DNA from: a virus
Strand: one strand, 5' to 3'
Virus record (IMG/VR): IMGVR_UViG_3300032287_002972
Location: 64,001 to 128,000 of that record
Length of the DNA stretch: 64,000 nucleotides
The stretch's first letter is position 1. Every line of letters starts with the position of its first letter. A program made the position numbers and the translations under genes. The notes under the pieces are model-generated. The model searched no databases. It was not told the origin of the DNA and saw nothing but the letters and a program-made list of their open reading frames with translations. This document shows, one piece after another, positions 58,500 through 64,000 of this stretch.

Positions 58500-59240
58500 T
58501 TATTTATTTAAAGTTAGTCTAATCTTTTTTTTACCTTTAGTTAATTCACTAATTTTTCTTCTTGTTTCTTCAGAATGTTTTTTACCTTTAGCAGATTCAC
58601 TTAATTTTCTCTTATGTTCTTCTGAAAATATTTTACCTTTAGCAGCTTCACTCATTCTTCTTTTTGTTTCATCAGACATATTCTGTTTTGCTTCACTCAT
58701 TCTTCTTTTCGTTTCTTCGGATATGTTCTGTTTAATTTCACACATCTTTTTTCTTGTTTCTTCAGAATGTTTTTTACCTATAAGGGACAAACTTATATTT
58801 CTCTTATGTTCTTCTGAATGTAATTTACCTTTACGAGATTCACTCATGTTTCTCTTATGTTCTTCAGAAAATGGTTTACGAGAGTTAGACTCCTTTTTAC
58901 TTTCAGGTATGAGTCCAAATATTCTTCCAAACACTTTCCTATCCTCAATAGATTTTCTATTGTTAACAGATTTTATTATCTTATTAATTTCAAGAACATT
59001 TATATTTTCAGTTTCACTTAGAATGGTTTCAGGTATCCCCATTATAAAACATGAAGTATATAGATACATGTCTCTACATTCAACATGTAAACTATTATAG
59101 GATTTTATTCCAATGTTATGATATTCTTTATATTCTACATCGAAAATATCTTTAATAATTCGTTTAGAAATACTTAATGAAATCACATATTCATCCATTG
59201 TGGTATTAGATGAAAAATTCATACAATTTAATCCTTTCAT
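58500..59240 (-). CDS. NUMOD3 repeat DNA-binding protein (homing-endonuclease-like)
   Basis: Repeated [14 protein letters not shown] / [10 protein letters not shown]; no clear nuclease motif. Confidence 0.8.
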   Translation of the reverse strand: MKGLNCMNFSSNTTMDEYVISLSISKRIIKDIFDVEYKEYHNIGIKSYNSLHVECRDMYLYTSCFIMGIPETILSETENINVLEINKIIKSVNNRKSIEDRKVFGRIFGLIPESKKESNSRKPFSEEHKRNMSESRKGKLHSEEHKRNISLSLIGKKHSEETRKKMCEIKQNISEETKRRMSEAKQNMSDETKRRMSEAAKGKIFSEEHKRKLSESAKGKKHSEETRRKISELTKGKKKIRLTLNK

Positions 59241-62200
59241 ATTAATGTGTTTTGTTTTATTTTGAAATGAAATTCTATTTGACTATATAGTTGGACACGT
59301 AATCTATCACGTGATTCAATAAAAAAATGAACACCTATTTGATTACGTACTTCATTATATAAATGAACACCTATTTGATTACGTACTTCATTATATAATA
59401 TATTAATTATTTGGTTACGTATTTGGTCACTAATTATCTTCATATGTTTTGTTTTACTTTAGTATATAGAGGTACGCGTACATCCATATGTATTTTAAGT
59501 TGTACATCATCATACACTTGGTCACGTACTCTACCAATCACTTGTCTTACAGCTTTTCTAAATAAATTTTCTAATATAGTTTCTTCTAAACTATGGTTTA
59601 TTTTTTCACTTATTGGTCTCATGTTAATATATTGTTTGGTTAATCATTTGAGGTTGATATATATATGTTATTACATAAATCATTATTTACTTTAGATGTT
59701 ACTTGGGTGCGTATTTCATTATATAATTGAACATTTATTTGTTTATGTAATTTAAAATTTACCTCTTGATGTATCCGATTATTTGTTTGGCCATATAATT
59801 TATTACTTATATGTCTACATATTTGTTTATGTGTCTTATTCATACATATTGTTTTAGTTGAAGGGTTATTCGTATAGTTACTTGACTATATACGTTATTA
59901 TGTAATTGAACATTTATTTGTTTACATACTTGATTACTTTCTGATTTCATGAATAATATTATGTTTTAATTGAACATTTACCTCATCACTTATTTGTGCC
60001 CATAATTTATTACTTATTTGAAGATGTAGATGAACAATTACGTTATCAAATACATGTTTATTTAATTGACCACGTATTTGATTTAATAGTTGGTCACGTA
60101 CTTGGTTATTTAGTGATTTCATATTAATCTATTTTGTTTTAGTTGAAGGGTTATTCGTATAGTTATTTGACTATATACGTTATTATGTAATTGAACATTT
60201 ATTTGTTTACGTACATTTATATGTACGTTAGACCTTACTCTCGCATTATTATGAACTTTTTCATTTATTTGTTTACATACTTGATTACTTACTGATTTCA
60301 TATTTTTTCCCTGAATTTAAATTCTATTTGATTACATACTTGACCATGTATTCGGTCACGACCAACGGGAAGTTTTTCCAGTATTTTATTATATAATTTA
60401 GTACTTACTCTCGAAGGGATTTTTTTATACATTTCAATATAAAATATTTTAATAAAAAATAGAAAATATATTTTGTAATATACTTGTTTCATGTGTTTTC
60501 TTATAGTTGTTCCCATACTTTATTACTTATTTGTAACCATATTTGACCCCATACTTGGCCACTTACTCGATTAGATACTTGACCACCTACTTGTTCATAT
60601 AATCCGTTATCTACATTATTATTTACTTGTTTATGTAGTTTCTTACGTATTTGATTAGATACCTGTTCATATACTTGGTTATCTACCGGTCCCATATTAA
60701 TCTGTTTTGTTTTATTTGTTCCCATATTTGATTACTAACTCTAATACTTACTCCATCACGTACATCATTATTTACCTGTTTATATAATAGATTATGTACT
60801 TGATGATTTAATTTAAAACATACTTGTTCATATATTTGGTTTCTTACTTTTTTCATATTACTTTGTTTTGTTTATGTGGATTCGACAATTGTCTATGTAA
60901 TTGGTCACTTAATTGTATCCATACTTGTCTATTTACTTGACCCCATATTTGTATTTGTAATTGGTTAGTTACTTGACCCCATATTTGTATTTGTACTTGA
61001 TGACGTACATTAGTATTTACTTGGTCATCAAGTACAAGACCAATTTGATTACGCATCTGAATACGTACTCGTTCATCAATTTTTTTACTTACTGATTTCA
61101 TATGTTTCTACACTTACTTGGTCATATAATTTATCACTTATCTGATTACTTACTTGGTTATATATTTGTTCAAATGTTTCACCATTTACTTGATTACCTA
61201 CTTCAGTATATACTTCACCATATACTTGAATATGAAATCTATTATTTACTTTATCCCATACTTGATTACATATTTTGTTATTTACTGTTTCCATATGTTT
61301 CGTTTTAATTGATTACTTGTTTGCGCACGTATTTGATTAAAAATCTCATAACCTATGTGGCCCATTATTTGTATCCATAATTGTTTATGGATATGGTCAT
61401 ATACTTGTTTATCTAATCGACCACGTATATTATATGATACTATCTCACTTATATGAGAACTTACTGACCCCATTTTATTTTCTACTAAGTTCATATTAAT
61501 CTACAATTGTTTTAACAATTCACTGTACATTTTATTCCATATTTGGTTAATTAGATGAAGACGTACTTGATTACCCACTTGATCAGATACTTGAACACTT
61601 ATTTTATCACGTACTTCAATATATGCCTGAACAACTATTTGGTTATGTATTTGTTTAGTCATTTTATTACTTACTGTTTTCATATGTTTTTAGGTTTCTT
61701 ACTTGATTTCTTACTTGGTACTTTAATTCACTATAATTTTGACCATATACTTGATTATCTACCGGTTCTCTAATTTGTTTACTTACTTGACTATATATTT
61801 GGATACTCACTTGGTCCCATGCTCGATTATTCATTTTTAACCTCAATTGAGTATGTATTTCTTTACGTATTTTTTTTCTTACCGATTTCATATCTTTCCA
61901 AATATTTGATTACTCATTTGTCCCCTTATTTGACTACTTACTTGATTATATACTTGAATAGTAATCTGATTACTTACTTTATCAACTACTTGGTCACATA
62001 TTTTATTATTTACGTGACTATATATTTGGATAGTTAAATAATCACGTAATTGTGTCTGTTGATTAAACAATCTAATATTCATATGTTTATTTTAGTTTGA
62101 AAACCTATTTGTCTACCACGTTCTTGCTCATATAGTTTATCATATACTTGGTCATATATTTTTTTATTTACTTGGTTAAATATTTGGTGATATATTTTTT

Positions 62201-64000
62201 TATTTACTTGACTATATATTTGGATAATTAGTCCATCACGTAGTTGTGTCTGTCCCAGTTTCATAACGTTATGTTTTGTTCTATTTGGGAATATAATTGA
62301 TTACGTAATTGAATCCATATTTGTGAACGTAAATTAATATGAAAAGGTTCACTTAACTTATCCTGTATTTTATCATATACATGATAATATATGTGGTAAT
62401 TAATATCTTTACTTACTTTTTTCATAATGATTTATTCGTTCACTTACAATTTCATGTACTGGGTCGACAAATTGAATATCAACTTGTTCATTTACTTTTT
62501 CGTACACTTCTCCAACGACTATGTTACATATATTAAACGGTACTTCAACTATCATTTGTGCATACATTTGGTCAAATACCCCACGAGATATTTTATGATA
62601 TACTTGTCCATCAATCGATTTCATAATGTGTTCTGTTTTATTTCCTTATGTATTTGTACTTGTTCACGTACATTAGAAGATATTTGTACTTGAACTTGGT
62701 CACATATCTCATCATATATTTGGGTTTTTATTTGTTTAAATAATTGAATGTCCAATTGATTAAAAAACACCTCATCATTTAAACGTAAACGTATATCAAT
62801 ACGAATTTGTTTACATATTTTATCTTTTACTGATTCCATATGTTTTAATTGAATATATAGTTGAGAAACCTATCAATTAAATCCCAAATTGGTGTCTTTT
62901 TTTTCCTTTGAAGTTCTACTTGAATAATAACTGGACTATTCATTTTACCACATACTTGACTCCATACTTGGCTACTCATTATCCTAACTATATCATAACG
63001 TATATGGTTATATATGTGTCCATGTACTCGTTTATATAATTTATCACGTACTTGATTATCTACATGTTCAAGTATTTGTCCTCTTACTGATTTCATATCG
63101 TTTGTTTTATGTGAATATGTACTTGTTCAGATACTTGAGTTTCAACATTATCATATAACCCTTTACTTACTTGTTCACCTACTTGATAATATATATCATT
63201 ATTCATTTTACTCCATACTTGGTTTTGTAATTGATTATGTACTTGATTACGTACTTGGTCATTTACAATATTTTTTACTTGTTTCATATGTTTTCTTTAA
63301 ATTGAGATTCCACATTTTCTAAAACTATATAAAATTGACCATATACCAACCCACTAATATATTTAAATATTTCAGAGTCTCTGAAATATAGATCACGTAT
63401 AGAATATGTATGATGACCTATTTGGGGATATGATCTACTATTTATTAGACGAATTAATTCTTTATCTAATCGTTTGGTTATTTGTTCAGATACTCCCTTC
63501 ATATGTTTCTTTAACTTGCACTTCCACATTGTTTAATCGATTAATTACCATATCACTAATATGATTGTATAGTTTAATACGTGATTTATTATACGCTTCT
63601 CTATGTGGTCCATATACTTCCTTACGTACAATTTTATATAATACAATACGTATTTCTTCACTAACTCGTTTCATATGTTTTGTTTTAGTTGTTTAGTTAC
63701 TTGTTCACGTAATTGATTATCAATTTGACCCCATACTATATTATACATTTGATAACGTACTTCGTCACTTACTGTGCAATATATTCGACCATTTATTTGT
63801 CCACATAATCTTTCATATACTTCATGATTTATTATCCTCATAGTACAATGTAGTCTTTTAGTTGATTATTTATTTGTTCCTGTATTTTAAGAATCGTACC
63901 TACAAATATTTGTTCATTTACTATTTCATATATTTCACTAGACACTTGCTCACTTAATCGGTAACGTACTTGTTCCTTTGTTTGCTCACGTAATTTACCA
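59237..64000 (-). repeat. Tandem array of more than 20 paralogous small genes (about 55-85 aa) with QVxx tetrad repeats; continues past the window edge
   Basis: Track ORFs with left coordinates 59237, 59440, 59640, 59934, 60119, 60298, 60501, 60853, 61085, 61282, 61501, 61667, 61888, 62079, 62409, 62621, 62845, 63093, 63284, 63486 plus shorter units; recurrent MKSV/MKQV/METV starts, ATGA coupling, 12-bp periodic CAAGTA. Confidence 0.85.

Noticed and set aside
57965-58590. A second GpC-free stretch at the 58-kb junction
   Set aside because: Only about 600 bp of AT-rich non-coding DNA, too short to call by eye without statistics
3635-62693. Short antisense or out-of-frame ORFs in the track (for example 3635, 5179, 9649, 22498, 31507, 41349, 58723, 61102)
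   Set aside because: They overlap better-supported genes and look like shadow frames
59237-64000. Diversity-generating retroelement
   Set aside because: No reverse transcriptase or template/variable repeat pair differing only at adenines is visible in the window
1-64000. Stop-codon reassignment, or a eukaryotic giant virus origin
   Set aside because: Genes are intact and densely packed under code 11, with TAA, TGA and TAG all used as plausible stops; bacterial promoters, terminators and an endolysin indicate a bacteriophage

Overview
The window is a 64 kb slice of a very AT-rich jumbo (T4-like) tailed phage. It probably infects Bacteroidota, because about 35 promoters match TTTG-N20-TAnnTTTG and the leaders lack Shine-Dalgarno sequences. 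It has three blocks. (1) 1-27 kb is mostly minus strand, with genes preceded by a putative late motif ATATTTATA. It holds a sugar-modification cluster (glf, SAM methyltransferase, GT25, GT60), nucleases and a GH19 endolysin. It also holds about 25 proteins sharing short ITESQ / LNE-I-RIK-IM tags that look like capsid-targeting or prohead-protease signals, fused to diverse cargo (ADP-ribosyltransferase-like, papain-like, zincin, HD, helical repeats). (2) A G-tract junction at about 27.1 kb opens a plus-strand early region (27.2-58 kb) built of cassettes: palindrome, host promoter, ORF, terminator. The strongest signal is here. By manual reading, 27,053-37,158 contains no 5'-GC-3' dinucleotide except inside the repeated palindrome TAGTGGGGCAA-spacer-TTGCCCCACTA, so 16 consecutive proteins (about 1,950 aa) contain no alanine. 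This block also has four anticodon-replaced tRNA-like RNAs, and it ends at a non-coding junction with a perfect parS-like palindrome. (3) 58.5-64 kb carries a NUMOD3 protein and a tandem array of more than 20 diverged small QVxx-repeat genes. All family calls come from motif recognition by eye; no database searches were run.
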